From Treponema sp. (lineage in GTDB: Bacteria > Spirochaetota > Spirochaetia > Treponematales > Breznakiellaceae), in contig JAISNI010000215.1 of assembly GCA_031276295.1 (NCBI GenBank), positions 2,285 to 66,284 of the forward strand: a stretch of 64,000 nt of DNA, given 5' to 3'. The position numbers and the translations under genes are program-made. This document shows, piece after piece, positions 16,397 through 25,724 of this stretch; position 1 is the first letter of the stretch, and every line of letters begins with the position of its first letter. The notes below the pieces were generated by a model. It made no database searches. It was not told the DNA's origin and saw only the letters and a list, made by a program, of their open reading frames with translations.

Positions 16397-17827
16397 ATGC
16401 TTGAAGCGTTATCTCAGACACAAATTCAAATCCCCTCCGTACCGGAAGGGGCGGTACGTGTAATTCCGGTTAAAAAAGGCAAAGGTAAATCCGCTCTCGG
16501 AGCTTTTTCAAGGCTTCTTGATGGGCTAAGAGGCAATCCTAAAGGAAATTTTCCTAAAAGGATAGCCGGCGGAGAGGGAATTCCCGTAGAGGACGGTAAA
16601 AAAACCGGACGGAACCTTCAAAAAATTGATCTTAAAGAGAAAAAGAAAATTTCTTCTTCCGCGGAGGACGGGGCGGATCTCATGTCCGTCTTTTTGGACC
16701 TTGTTTCCAGTAAAGCGGACCTCAAGGTTTCCTCTCCCGCGGGGCGGGAGTTTACGGCAGGGCATACCGCGGGCCGGGCGGCGGGCGGAAAGGACGAAGC
16801 GGGAAAAATTCCCCCCGATGCCGTTGCTGTGAAGGGGGAAAAAGCCCTTTCCTCAAGACAGGTACAGGAAATTCCCCCCGAATACGGCGTGGAATCTGGA
16901 GAAGCCGCCCTCGAGGATGCCGTTTCCGTTGAAGAGGGGGGAAATGACGCCGTCCGGCTTTCGGTGGGGGAAGAAAAGGGCCGGAAGGCTTCGGAATCGG
17001 GGCGGGCGGCGGAGGGTCCCGTTCAAAATACGGAGCTTAGCCCCGCGCCGGAAAAGATGCCCCATAACCTTTCGGTGCAGGGAGGCAATGCGGAGAATCC
17101 GTTCCAAAATAAAATGGACGGGAACCGGGCGCGGAAAACCGAATCGGCTTCCCCAAGGAAAACGAGCGGGCGCATCCCCCCCGATGCGGGGAAACCGCAT
17201 ACACGGGATGCCGCCGTAACGGAGCTTGTTCGGGACGTGAAACCCCAGACCGCCGTGCCGGGAGCGGGCGGGGAGGAAATTTCCGTGGACTTACGGAACC
17301 CTGAAACCTTTGATGGGATTACGGAGAGAGACCCCGGAACAGGACGCCCGTCCGGGGAGGGCCGCTTTGGGGACGTGCTTGCACGGGAACTTAACCAGGG
17401 GCTTTCCACCGATATAGTAAGACACGCGTCCGTCATCCTGCGCGGTGGCGATTCAGGCTTAATCCGGCTTACCCTCAAGCCGGAAACGTTGGGAAATGTA
17501 AAGATACGCCTTGAAATGTCCGAAAACAAGATAATAGGGCATATTATTGTAGAAAGCAGGGAAGCCCTCAGGGCTTTTGAACAGGAAGCCCCCGTTTTGG
17601 AAGCGGCCTTTAGGGAAGCCGGTTTTGAGGGCGCCAGCCTCGATATGTCGCTGGCTTCGGGGGACGGTTCCGGCGGGGGCGGGGAGAGGACGGATCAGGA
17701 TGTCCTTTCTTCCCTGCGTATAGCCGCCAGCTATGACGCCGCCTCCGGCCTGGCCGAAGACGCGGACTCAGGCGGAAGTAAGGGCCTGTATGCGGCAGGC
17801 CGCTCTGCAATCAATATGTTGGCCTAG
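16397..17827 (+). CDS. fliK: Flagellar hook-length control protein FliK (treponemal Tap1-type)
   Basis: The C-terminal Flg_hook-like region reads LIRLTLKPETLGNVKIRLEMSENKIIGHIIVESREALRAFEQ. The gene lies just before flgD. AAGGAGG is 8 nt upstream of the ATG at 16397. Confidence 0.8.
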   Translation: MLEALSQTQIQIPSVPEGAVRVIPVKKGKGKSALGAFSRLLDGLRGNPKGNFPKRIAGGEGIPVEDGKKTGRNLQKIDLKEKKKISSSAEDGADLMSVFLDLVSSKADLKVSSPAGREFTAGHTAGRAAGGKDEAGKIPPDAVAVKGEKALSSRQVQEIPPEYGVESGEAALEDAVSVEEGGNDAVRLSVGEEKGRKASESGRAAEGPVQNTELSPAPEKMPHNLSVQGGNAENPFQNKMDGNRARKTESASPRKTSGRIPPDAGKPHTRDAAVTELVRDVKPQTAVPGAGGEEISVDLRNPETFDGITERDPGTGRPSGEGRFGDVLARELNQGLSTDIVRHASVILRGGDSGLIRLTLKPETLGNVKIRLEMSENKIIGHIIVESREALRAFEQEAPVLEAAFREAGFEGASLDMSLASGDGSGGGGERTDQDVLSSLRIAASYDAASGLAEDADSGGSKGLYAAGRSAINMLA

Positions 17828-17921
17828 CAGCCGGATGTATTTCTAAATCCGGTAAATAACCGGATTTTTCAAAGATGTTTTTCAGGAAAATTCTTATATA
17901 TTAGAATGAGGAGAAGAGGAT

Positions 17922-18362
17922 ATGACCCTTCAATCGGTATTGAGCGCTCAGGAAAAGATCAAACTGTATGATGATGTACGGGATTTTAATGCTAAAATAA
18001 ACCAGGGGAAAAAAGAGCCGAATCAGAGCATGGGTAAGGATGATTTCTTAAAGATACTCATTACCCAGCTTTCCTACCAGGACCCGACGGCCCCGCTGGA
18101 GGACAAGGAATTTATAGCGCAGCTTGCCCAGTTTTCAACCCTGGATCAGATGACCGCTATGGCCGATGATTTTTCCAGGCTTGCGCAGATGCTTTCCGGC
18201 AGCCAGGCCGCGGCCGCCTTGGGCAAGTCGGTTGAGCTTATGGAAGGGGATGAGGTAATTCAGGGAACGGTCAAGGCGGTAACCAGAGAGGGCATCCCCC
18301 AGATAATGGTAAACGGCGAGTATTACCAGTGGGACCAGGTTACTAAGGTTTATGAGGAATAA
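17922..18362 (+). CDS. flgD: Flagellar hook assembly/capping protein FlgD
   Basis: Motif: DFLKILITQLSYQDPTAPLEDKEFIAQLAQFSTLDQM. Confidence 0.9.
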   Translation: MTLQSVLSAQEKIKLYDDVRDFNAKINQGKKEPNQSMGKDDFLKILITQLSYQDPTAPLEDKEFIAQLAQFSTLDQMTAMADDFSRLAQMLSGSQAAAALGKSVELMEGDEVIQGTVKAVTREGIPQIMVNGEYYQWDQVTKVYEE

Positions 18363-18386
18363 TAGCAATAAAGGAGAAAAAACGCT

Positions 18387-19784
18387 ATGATGCGATCATT
18401 GTTTTCCGGGGTGTCCGGACTCCAGAATCATCAGACCCGTATGGATGTAATCGGTAATAACATTGCCAACATCAATACGACGGGTTTTAAAAAGGGACGG
18501 GTTAATTTTCAGGATCTGCTCTACCAGCAATTGCAAGGCGCCGCAAGGCCTACCGAAGAATTGGGGGGGGTGAATCCCAAGGAAGTGGGTCTTGGTATGT
18601 CAATCGCCTCGATTGATACCATCCATATTCAGGGAAGCCTCCAGACCACCGGAGTAGGGTCGGATCTGGCTATCAAGGGTACCGGTTTTTTCGTGCAAAA
18701 GGATGGGACTAAATTCTTCTATACCCGCGCCGGCGACTTCAATGTTGACAGTGAAGGCACTTTTGTTAATCCTGCCAACGGATACCGTGTGCAGGGCTGG
18801 ATGGCCCAGGATATAGAGGGCGTTCAGGTACTGGATGTGTCCAGAGATGTGGAGGATATTGTCATCCCCGTAGGCTCAAAGGATCCTGCCAGGGCGACGA
18901 CTGTCGTCAACTTTGCCTGTAACCTGGATAAGCGTATCCCCGAGATACCCGAGAACCCTACCGCCCTCCAGACCCGCCAGGGAACTTGGAACACCTCGAT
19001 AAAGGTCTACGATTCCTTTGGGGATGAGCATACGCTTCTGGTTGAATTTACCCGTGTTGCGGGGACCAATAATTCCTGGAATGCAGCGGTCTCAGTTGAT
19101 CCTGAAAATGAGTATCCTACCAATACCGCAATAGGTCTTGGCGCAGAAGCTCCCGCGGCCGGCGGCCCCGCGGCATTCACCGTGAATTTCTCCAATAACG
19201 GCACCCTCCTCAGCGCGGAGGACGGTGAAGGCAACCTGTCGGACGCCGGAAATGTCGTTATGAACGTCGCCTACGACGTGCAGAACGCGACCCCCGGCGA
19301 GGACGGGGACCTGGTACGCCAGGAATTCGCCCTCAATCTGGGAACGGTCGGCGGCTTCATCAATTCCATTACCCAGTTTGCCGAGTCAAGTTCCTCCAAG
19401 GCCGTCAATCAGGACGGTTACGTGATGGGCTATCTTGAGAATTACAAAATAGACCAGAGCGGAATTATCACCGGCGTATATTCCAACGGGACAAGCCGCA
19501 CCATAGGGCAGGTCGCTATGGCAAGTTTCCCCAACCAGGGGGGGCTGGAAAAGGCGGGGGACAGTACCTTTGTAGTGTCCAACAACTCCGGTACGGCGAA
19601 CATCGGTCCTTCGGGGATTGCCGGCAAGGGTACGATCATCTCCGGCGCCCTTGAAATGTCCAATGTGGATATGGCAAGCGAGTTTACCGACATGATAGTT
19701 ACCCAGCGCGGTTTCCAGGCCAATTCGCGTACCATACAGACGGCGGATCAGCTTTTGCAGGAACTCTTGACCTTGAAACGTTAA
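18387..19784 (+). CDS. flgE: Flagellar hook protein FlgE
   Basis: The N-terminus reads [35 protein letters not shown] and the C-terminus [28 protein letters not shown]. Confidence 0.95.
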   Translation: MMRSLFSGVSGLQNHQTRMDVIGNNIANINTTGFKKGRVNFQDLLYQQLQGAARPTEELGGVNPKEVGLGMSIASIDTIHIQGSLQTTGVGSDLAIKGTGFFVQKDGTKFFYTRAGDFNVDSEGTFVNPANGYRVQGWMAQDIEGVQVLDVSRDVEDIVIPVGSKDPARATTVVNFACNLDKRIPEIPENPTALQTRQGTWNTSIKVYDSFGDEHTLLVEFTRVAGTNNSWNAAVSVDPENEYPTNTAIGLGAEAPAAGGPAAFTVNFSNNGTLLSAEDGEGNLSDAGNVVMNVAYDVQNATPGEDGDLVRQEFALNLGTVGGFINSITQFAESSSSKAVNQDGYVMGYLENYKIDQSGIITGVYSNGTSRTIGQVAMASFPNQGGLEKAGDSTFVVSNNSGTANIGPSGIAGKGTIISGALEMSNVDMASEFTDMIVTQRGFQANSRTIQTADQLLQELLTLKR

Positions 19785-19853
19785 TGGCTATAGTTTATAG
19801 ATAATCAGGGGAACGAGGGATTGGGCGGCGTCTGCTTTTGCCGCGAAGTTTTG

Positions 19854-19883
19854 CCGGAATACGGCGCCGTGTTTCGGGTTTTT
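19854..19883 (+). terminator. Hairpin plus T-run between flgE and flbD (possible intrinsic attenuator)
   Basis: CCGGAATACGGC/GCCGTGTTTCGG pairs with two G-U wobbles and is followed by G and TTTTT (19879-19883). Confidence 0.35.
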
Positions 19884-19894
19884 AGGGACAGAGT

Positions 19895-20092
19895 ATGATA
19901 AAAGTAAGCCGGCTGAACGGAACCGAATATTACATTAATCCTCATCAGATAGAATCAATAGAGATACATCCTGATACGACGTTGCTGATGCTGTCGGGGA
20001 AGAAAGTGGTGATTAAAGAAGGGGTTCTGGAAGTTATTGAGCGGATCGTTGCATACCGCAGGCAAATAGGCGCGTTTAAAAATGAGGAGTGA
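19895..20092 (+). CDS. flbD: Flagellar protein FlbD
   Basis: Motif: MIKVSRLNGTEYYINPHQIESIE. Confidence 0.9.
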   Translation: MIKVSRLNGTEYYINPHQIESIEIHPDTTLLMLSGKKVVIKEGVLEVIERIVAYRRQIGAFKNEE

Positions 20093-20099
20093 ATAGTTT

Positions 20100-20882
20100 A
20101 TGGATCTTGCAACCATTATCGGGGTAGCCGGTGCAATGAGTATGATTATCATGGGGATTTTTACCTCCGGTGGTAGCATTATAACATATATAGATATCCC
20201 CTCCGTCCTGATTGTTGTAGTCGGTTCATATTTCGCTCTCTTCATATTCAGCAGTATGTCCGATGCTATCGGGGTTTTTACAACGCTGGGCCTTACCTTT
20301 AAGGTTCCCAACTTCAACGAACAGGGTATTATCACCAAACTTATGGCCTTTTCCGATAAGGCCCGCCGTGAGGGGCTTTTGGCCCTGGAAGAGGAATTGG
20401 AAGACCTGGACGACGAGTTTATGAAGAAGGGCCTGCGCCTAGTGGTGGACGGCATCGATCAGGAGGTGATCCGCAACTTGCTGGAAACCGAACTTAACCA
20501 GCTTCAGGAACGCCACGCGGCAAAGATAGGCGTGGTCGGTATGTGGGGCGTTTTGGCCCCCGGTCTTGGAATGTTGGGTACGGTTATCGGTCTTATAGCC
20601 ATGTTGAAAAACCTGGAAGACAAGAGCGCCCTGGGCCCGAACATGGCGGTCGCCCTTATCACTACCCTCTACGGGGCCATTATCGCCAATATTCTTATGA
20701 TCCCCTGGGGCGGAAAGCTCAAAAGCCTTGACGCCCGGGAGGCCAAGGTTAAAGAAATGATGATAGAGGGTATACTTTCTATCCAGGGCGGGGATAACCC
20801 GCGTACTCTGGCCAACAAATTGCTTTCGTATCTTAATCCGCAGGATCGTAAGGCGGTAGAAGCGGAAATAATGAAAGAATAA
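20100..20882 (+). CDS. motA: Flagellar motor stator protein MotA
   Basis: 260 aa with 4 TM segments. The C-terminal motif is ALITTLYGAIIANILMIPWGGKL. Confidence 0.9.
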   Translation: MDLATIIGVAGAMSMIIMGIFTSGGSIITYIDIPSVLIVVVGSYFALFIFSSMSDAIGVFTTLGLTFKVPNFNEQGIITKLMAFSDKARREGLLALEEELEDLDDEFMKKGLRLVVDGIDQEVIRNLLETELNQLQERHAAKIGVVGMWGVLAPGLGMLGTVIGLIAMLKNLEDKSALGPNMAVALITTLYGAIIANILMIPWGGKLKSLDAREAKVKEMMIEGILSIQGGDNPRTLANKLLSYLNPQDRKAVEAEIMKE

Positions 20883-20926
20883 ATAAGAAGGAATTTTTAA
20901 AAACTTCGGTTTTTGAAGGGAATTGT

Positions 20927-21691
20927 ATGGCAAGAAAGAAAAAGCAGCAGGAAGAACAGAAGGGTGAATGGATTGTTACCTATTCGGACATGGTAACACT
21001 TTTGCTCTGTTTCTTTGTCGCTCTTTTTAACGCTTCCGATGCGGACCCCGCCCAGATGGCCCAGATGATCTCTGCGCTTAACAATATGGGGCTGGGCGGA
21101 AATAGCGGCGGGAATACCCTTTCATCGGGGACAAGCGCCGATTTGGGCAATACCATTATGTCGCTTCCCGCCATGTCCCGCGGACAGTCCCTCGGCGATG
21201 CCCTTAAAAGGGCGGTGAGCCTTTTTCAGCCGGAAATCCGTTCAAACAAGGTAAAGATAAGCCACGATGAGCGCGGTCTTGTCATCAGTCTTGCGGGGGA
21301 CATCTTCTTTAACGAGGCAAGCGCCAGGATCAACATTGAAGAGTCGAGGGATATACTGCTACGGGTGGCGACGCTCCTCGTCTCCCTTGAGACCTCAAAT
21401 ACGCCGGTGGAAAATCCGAATTCCAACCTGCAAAACAGGCGTTTCAGGATTGAAGGCCATACCGATGACCGGCCTGCCGATCCCTACGGCCCTTGGGGAA
21501 ATAACTGGACCCTCTCCACGGAGCGTTCCATAGCGGTGCTTCAGTATTTGAGTACCCTGGGGGTGAACGAGCGTTTTTTCCAGGTAGCAGGTTTTTCTCA
21601 GTACAGCCCCATCGGCACAAATGAAACCCCCGAAGGCCGTAAATTCAACCGCAGGGTGGATATCGTTGTCCTTGATCCCGGTCATTTATAA
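20927..21691 (+). CDS. motB: Flagellar motor stator protein MotB (OmpA-like C-terminus)
   Basis: Motifs: WIVTYSDMVTLLLCFFV, IEGHTDDRP, NWTLSTERSIAV, NRRVDIVV. Confidence 0.9.
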   Translation: MARKKKQQEEQKGEWIVTYSDMVTLLLCFFVALFNASDADPAQMAQMISALNNMGLGGNSGGNTLSSGTSADLGNTIMSLPAMSRGQSLGDALKRAVSLFQPEIRSNKVKISHDERGLVISLAGDIFFNEASARINIEESRDILLRVATLLVSLETSNTPVENPNSNLQNRRFRIEGHTDDRPADPYGPWGNNWTLSTERSIAVLQYLSTLGVNERFFQVAGFSQYSPIGTNETPEGRKFNRRVDIVVLDPGHL

Positions 21692-21770
21692 TGGCGGGGC
21701 ATCCCTGCATGGGGCAGTCCCCATCGCGGTATCCGGAGGACCGAAAAGCGCCGAAATTTCTATAAAAAAC

Positions 21771-21798
21771 TAAAATAGAGAGGAAGCGGCGCCGAAAT
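21771..21798 (+). promoter_or_regulatory. Candidate sigma-28-like promoter (TAAA-N16-GCCGAAAT) upstream of fliL
   Basis: TAAA lies at 21771-21774 and GCCGAAAT at 21791-21798, compared with the consensus TAAA-N15-GCCGATAA. A second GCCGAAAT at 21750-21757 lacks a -35 element. Confidence 0.25.
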
Positions 21799-21923
21799 TA
21801 TAAGAGGTTTAAAGTGGATCTTAAAGCCGGTATGATGGCGGAGTATGTCCTTCCGTTTTTTATGGAAAGGGTTTTTATTGCATGTTATATTTTATAGTAG
21901 AGATTATATGGGGGTAATTGGGT

Positions 21924-22478
21924 ATGTCAGATAGTGAAGACCTGGATCTGGGTGATGAGGATGCCGGGGGACTAGACAATTCCTCAAAGAAAACATCGGG
22001 ATTGGCGGCATTGTTGCCGAATTTACTAAAATTTATTGCAATCGGCCTTGGAGCGGTGGTTTTTATCATAACGGTTACGGTGATTACCTCCAACATTATG
22101 CTTAAAAACAATGCCGGTCAGGAGGCAATGCCTGCAAATTCACCCTATATAGGGCAAAGGCCGCAATACGCCATGTTCACCGCCATCGGGGTGGTAAGAA
22201 CCCGTACCAAGGATAATCAGGCGGTAGTGGTGGATATGGTTATAGCTTACGAGCAGGGAAACAACGCTACCGCAACGGAACTGACGGCAAGGATCGTCGA
22301 GCTTCAGGATTTTGTGCGGAAATTTTTCAGCCTGAAAACCGCCGATCAGGTTACGCCGGAAAAGGAAACCGAAATAAAAAAGGAGATCATTGAGCAGCTT
22401 AACAGGGATGTCCTCAGTCCGGCCAAGGCGCTCAATATTTTCTTTAGACAGCTTGATGTTATGAAGGTTGAAGGTTAA
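21924..22478 (+). CDS. fliL: Flagellar basal-body-associated protein FliL
   Basis: A single TM (IAIGLGAVVFIITVTVI) is followed by a FliL-like C-terminus. The gene sits between motB and fliM. The track start is the TTG at 21918. Confidence 0.8.
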   Translation: MSDSEDLDLGDEDAGGLDNSSKKTSGLAALLPNLLKFIAIGLGAVVFIITVTVITSNIMLKNNAGQEAMPANSPYIGQRPQYAMFTAIGVVRTRTKDNQAVVVDMVIAYEQGNNATATELTARIVELQDFVRKFFSLKTADQVTPEKETEIKKEIIEQLNRDVLSPAKALNIFFRQLDVMKVEG

Positions 22479-22690
22479 AAAAGGCGGGGGCGGGTAATTT
22501 TATTTCTTGTCGAATCCTGAAAAACAGAACGGAATGATGGATGCGGTCTGGGAGGTATCAAGAAGTATGGGAGACTTTGAAAACTAAAAATCTGGTAACG
22601 GTTGCTTGATAAAATCGGTTGAATGAGGTAATAATCATGGGGGAGTTTTCATTGTGTAGAACTCTATATTAAAGGCAATGGGGGAAGGGT

Positions 22691-23725
22691 ATGACCGAAG
22701 TTCTGTCCCAAGATGAAATAGATCAGCTTCTAACTGCAATTAACGCCGGGGATACGGAACCGGAGGACTTTAAGACAGCAACGGATACCCGCAAGATCAA
22801 GATATATGATTTTAAGCGGCCCGATAAATTCTCCAAAGAACAGATACGAACGGTTCAGATCATGCACGAAACCTTTGCCCGGCTTACCACGACAAGTCTG
22901 TCCGCAAGCCTCCGCAGCATGATCCACGTTCATGTTGCATCGGTAGATCAGCTTACCTATGAAGAATTTATCCGATCCATACCGACGCCTACAACCCTGG
23001 CCATCATCAATATGGACCCCCTGAAAGGGAACGCCATACTTGAAATTGACCCGGCGGTTACCTTTTCTATAATAGACCGTCTTTTCGGCGGGAAGGGGGA
23101 GGGGACCAAGGTTCAGCATGAACTGACCGATATAGAAACTTCGGTTATGGAAGGTATTATCATCCGTATCCTGGGGAATATGCGGGAAGCCTGGACCACG
23201 GTGATTGACCTGCGGCCCCGTCTCGGCCAGATTGACACCAACCCGCAGTTTGCCCAGATTGTGCCTCCGACCGAAATGGTAGTCCTGGTAACACTGGAAA
23301 CCAAGGTGGGCGAGGTGGAAGGGATGATGAACTTCTGCATCCCCTACCTGACCATAGAGCCTATAATCGGCAAACTATCGGCTCAGTTTTGGTATTCACA
23401 GGCCCAGCGGCGGGGGGCGACGACCGAGAATCTGAATGTCCTTAAGGAAAAACTTGCAACGGTTGATGTGAATGTGGTGGCTGAAATCGGCAAGATCAAC
23501 GTTCCCGTCCGTGATGTTTTGGCATTACAGCCCGGGGATGTGATACGGCTTTACAATACCAGAGTAGGGGATCCCTATTCCCTGAATATCGGAAACAAGA
23601 AAAAATTCCTCTGCCGTCCGGGAATTTTAGGCAAGAAAATGGCGGTGCAGATCATTAAGAAAATAGCTGAGCTTGAGCAAGATGAATTTGAAGAGCTCGC
23701 GTCAGAAGGGGAGGAGATAAAATGA
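22691..23725 (+). CDS. fliM: Flagellar motor switch protein FliM
   Basis: The N-terminal LSQDEIDQLL is the CheY-P binding motif, followed by the middle and SpoA-like domains. Confidence 0.95.
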   Translation: MTEVLSQDEIDQLLTAINAGDTEPEDFKTATDTRKIKIYDFKRPDKFSKEQIRTVQIMHETFARLTTTSLSASLRSMIHVHVASVDQLTYEEFIRSIPTPTTLAIINMDPLKGNAILEIDPAVTFSIIDRLFGGKGEGTKVQHELTDIETSVMEGIIIRILGNMREAWTTVIDLRPRLGQIDTNPQFAQIVPPTEMVVLVTLETKVGEVEGMMNFCIPYLTIEPIIGKLSAQFWYSQAQRRGATTENLNVLKEKLATVDVNVVAEIGKINVPVRDVLALQPGDVIRLYNTRVGDPYSLNIGNKKKFLCRPGILGKKMAVQIIKKIAELEQDEFEELASEGEEIK

Positions 23726-24798
23726 GCGATGCTGCGCTTTCGCAAGATGAAATTGATGCACTCTTGTCAGGTGCAAACGCCTTTGAAACAGGGGGCGCTG
23801 TTACAGGAACGGTAGTTCCGCCCGGAGAAGCGGGGGAAATAGTCAAAGCTCTGCAAAATTTTCTTTCCGGGACGGCGGGCGCTCTTTCCTCCAATATTTC
23901 CATGCTGACCGGCGTTGCCGCTACTCTTACCGGCCCGGAAGTCAGTTTTACCAACAGAGAGGCCCTGGTTCAGCAGTTGCCCGATATGGTAACGGTTGTA
24001 AAGGCCGATTTTTCTTCCGGTTTTCCCGGTGAACACATGTTCGTCATGGGGGAAGATGCGGCCAAGGCCCTTGCCAGCGTTATGAACAAGGAAGAGAACA
24101 TATCGCTGGACGAGATGGCTATGTCCGTTATCGGCGAGGTGGTATCTCAACTGGTGGGTACGGAGATTACCGCCTTAACCAACAAGACCGGTAATAAATC
24201 GATAGCCTCGGTAAGCCCCGAGGCGGCGAATGTACCCAAGGCGGTCGCCGCCCTGCCCGGCAGCGATTTTGCGAGAGCGCTCTACACGCTTGACCTTGCG
24301 GAAGGTAAGAAATACCAGGTCTGGGAAATATACGGCGCGGGTATATCTTCCGATATAGCCAAGGCCCTAAACGGAGGTGCACCCGCCGCCCCCGCGCCTA
24401 AAAAAGCCCACGATATGGCCGCCTCCATGATGCCGAATATGGGTGCGGGCCCTATGTCCGGTATGGGCGGGGGCCAGCCCACAAATGTGCAGTCGGTACA
24501 GTTCCCCAATCTTATGCCCCATCCTACCCCCCAGGAACAGGGGAATATCGGTCTTATCATGGATGTCTACATGGAGATGACCGTAGAGCTGGGCCGTACC
24601 CGCAAACTCATCAAGGAAATCCTGGGAATGGGGGAAGGCACTATCATTGAGTTGGATAAGCTGGCCGGTGAACCGGTTGATATCCTGGTGAACCATAAAC
24701 TGATAGCTAAAGGAGAGGTTGTAGTCATCGATGAAAACTTTGGGGTGCGTGTTACCGAAATTGTCTCCCCAATGGAAAGAATGAGTGAGATGGGCTAG
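23722..24798 (+). CDS. fliY: Flagellar motor switch protein FliY (FliN-type C-terminus with extended N-terminal domain)
   Basis: Motifs LSQDEIDALL and the C-terminal FliN/SpoA region MEMTVELGRTRKLIKEILGMGEGTIIELDKLAGEPVDILVNHKLIAKGEVVVIDENFGVRVTEI. An ATGA overlap links it to fliM. Confidence 0.9.
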   Translation: MSDAALSQDEIDALLSGANAFETGGAVTGTVVPPGEAGEIVKALQNFLSGTAGALSSNISMLTGVAATLTGPEVSFTNREALVQQLPDMVTVVKADFSSGFPGEHMFVMGEDAAKALASVMNKEENISLDEMAMSVIGEVVSQLVGTEITALTNKTGNKSIASVSPEAANVPKAVAALPGSDFARALYTLDLAEGKKYQVWEIYGAGISSDIAKALNGGAPAAPAPKKAHDMAASMMPNMGAGPMSGMGGGQPTNVQSVQFPNLMPHPTPQEQGNIGLIMDVYMEMTVELGRTRKLIKEILGMGEGTIIELDKLAGEPVDILVNHKLIAKGEVVVIDENFGVRVTEIVSPMERMSEMG

Positions 24799-24954
24799 CA
24801 GCCGGTTGCGCGTGTGGATTTTTTGCGCCGGATCTTTGGTCCGATTTATGCAAAAAATCCCGATTGTCGGGCTATTTCGGTAGTTTGTATGGTATAAAAA
24901 TTTATTTTCGTGGATTTTTATACGAGTGTGCGCGGAAGCGCGGCAAACCGCTGG
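24795..24954 (-). repeat. CTAG-bounded hairpin-mosaic repeat, long form, inverted orientation with rearranged modules (copy C, 160 bp)
   Basis: The copy begins CTAGCAGCCGGTTGCGCGTGTGGATTTTTTGC and ends CGCGGCAAACCGCTGG. It carries the same modules as the reverse complement of copy A. It lies between fliY and fliO, and the fliY stop TAG (24796-24798) falls in its terminus. Confidence 0.75.
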
Positions 24955-25034
24955 GATTTTTTATCGGGGATTTTGCATTTTCGCCGGGGGTTGTCCCCGG
25001 TCGAATAGTACCAAAATATATACTCAGTTCGTAC

Positions 25035-25724
25035 TTGGGAGGGGAAAAACTGAACGCCAAACTAATCATTTTAACTGCCGTTTTGTTATTTTCGGGCGGG
25101 TTGTTTAATTTGTATGCCCAGACGGGAGAAGAGGGGGCATCCTCTTCGGAGGCTGTTTCTTCTCCTGCCGCCCGGGAACAGGGCCTTAACGCGAGGCAGG
25201 CCGTGGAACGATCCCTGCCTTTGGGAGGGAATCCCGGCGCCGATGCCGTTCCGGCGCAAAGCGGAAACGATTTTTTTACTATACTACGGGTTGTGTTGGT
25301 ACTGGGCCTTGCGGCGGCGGCAATCTACGGCATTATCGTCTTTATAAAACGTTCTTCGCGGCCCCAGGAGCAGCGCGATCCTTTTGTACGGGTACTTTCC
25401 AGCGTTCACATAGGGGCCAACCGTTATATCCTTGTCGTTTTGGCAGGGAGTAAGGCATGGCTTGTGGGTGCGGGTGAAGGCGGCGTTTCCCTTATTTCGG
25501 AAATTGACGATAAGGAAACCCTGGACGCGATGATTTTAGAGGATTCGCGGAAGAGCGTGCAGGCAGGTTCCGGTAAAAGGCCGGACTTTGCGGGCCTTTT
25601 AAAGCTGTTCTTGGGGGGGAAGGTTCCCGCCCAATCCGGGTTTAATTCGGATGCCTTACGGCAGCGTCGTGAAAGGCTTCGGGATTTGAATGACGGTCAT
25701 GATCGCGGAGGACCGCAGCAATGA
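25035..25724 (+). CDS. fliO: Flagellar biosynthesis protein FliO (spirochete FliZ)
   Basis: Supporting sequence: signal-like LNAKLIILTAVLLFSGGLFNLYAQ, TM LRVVLVLGLAAAAIYGIIVFI, then VRVLSSVHIGANRYILVVLAGSKAWLVGAGEGGVSLISEI. The start is uncertain (TTG 25035 or CTG 25050 after GGGAGGGG). The track start at 24864 lies inside repeat C. Confidence 0.65.
   Translation: MGGEKLNAKLIILTAVLLFSGGLFNLYAQTGEEGASSSEAVSSPAAREQGLNARQAVERSLPLGGNPGADAVPAQSGNDFFTILRVVLVLGLAAAAIYGIIVFIKRSSRPQEQRDPFVRVLSSVHIGANRYILVVLAGSKAWLVGAGEGGVSLISEIDDKETLDAMILEDSRKSVQAGSGKRPDFAGLLKLFLGGKVPAQSGFNSDALRQRRERLRDLNDGHDRGGPQQ

Noticed and set aside
17824-17880. CTAGCAGCCGGATGTATTTCTAAATCCGG after the fliK stop, considered as an additional repeat copy.
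   Set aside because: Only the first 11 nt or so match the repeat terminus (as in copy C). The rest is an unrelated small hairpin (CCGGAT...ATCCGG). It is kept only as a possible solo end inside the family finding.
22535-22588. A 17-codon sORF (MMDAVWEVSRSMGDFEN) in the fliL-fliM spacer.
   Set aside because: There is no convincing RBS and no feature suggesting function, so it cannot be supported from sequence alone.
24864-25034. The N-terminal extension of the fliO ORF (MSGYFGSLYGIKIYFRGFLYECARKRGK...).
   Set aside because: This part is encoded by repeat copy C and its trailing fragments. The FliO-like signal/TM begins only at about 25035-25050.
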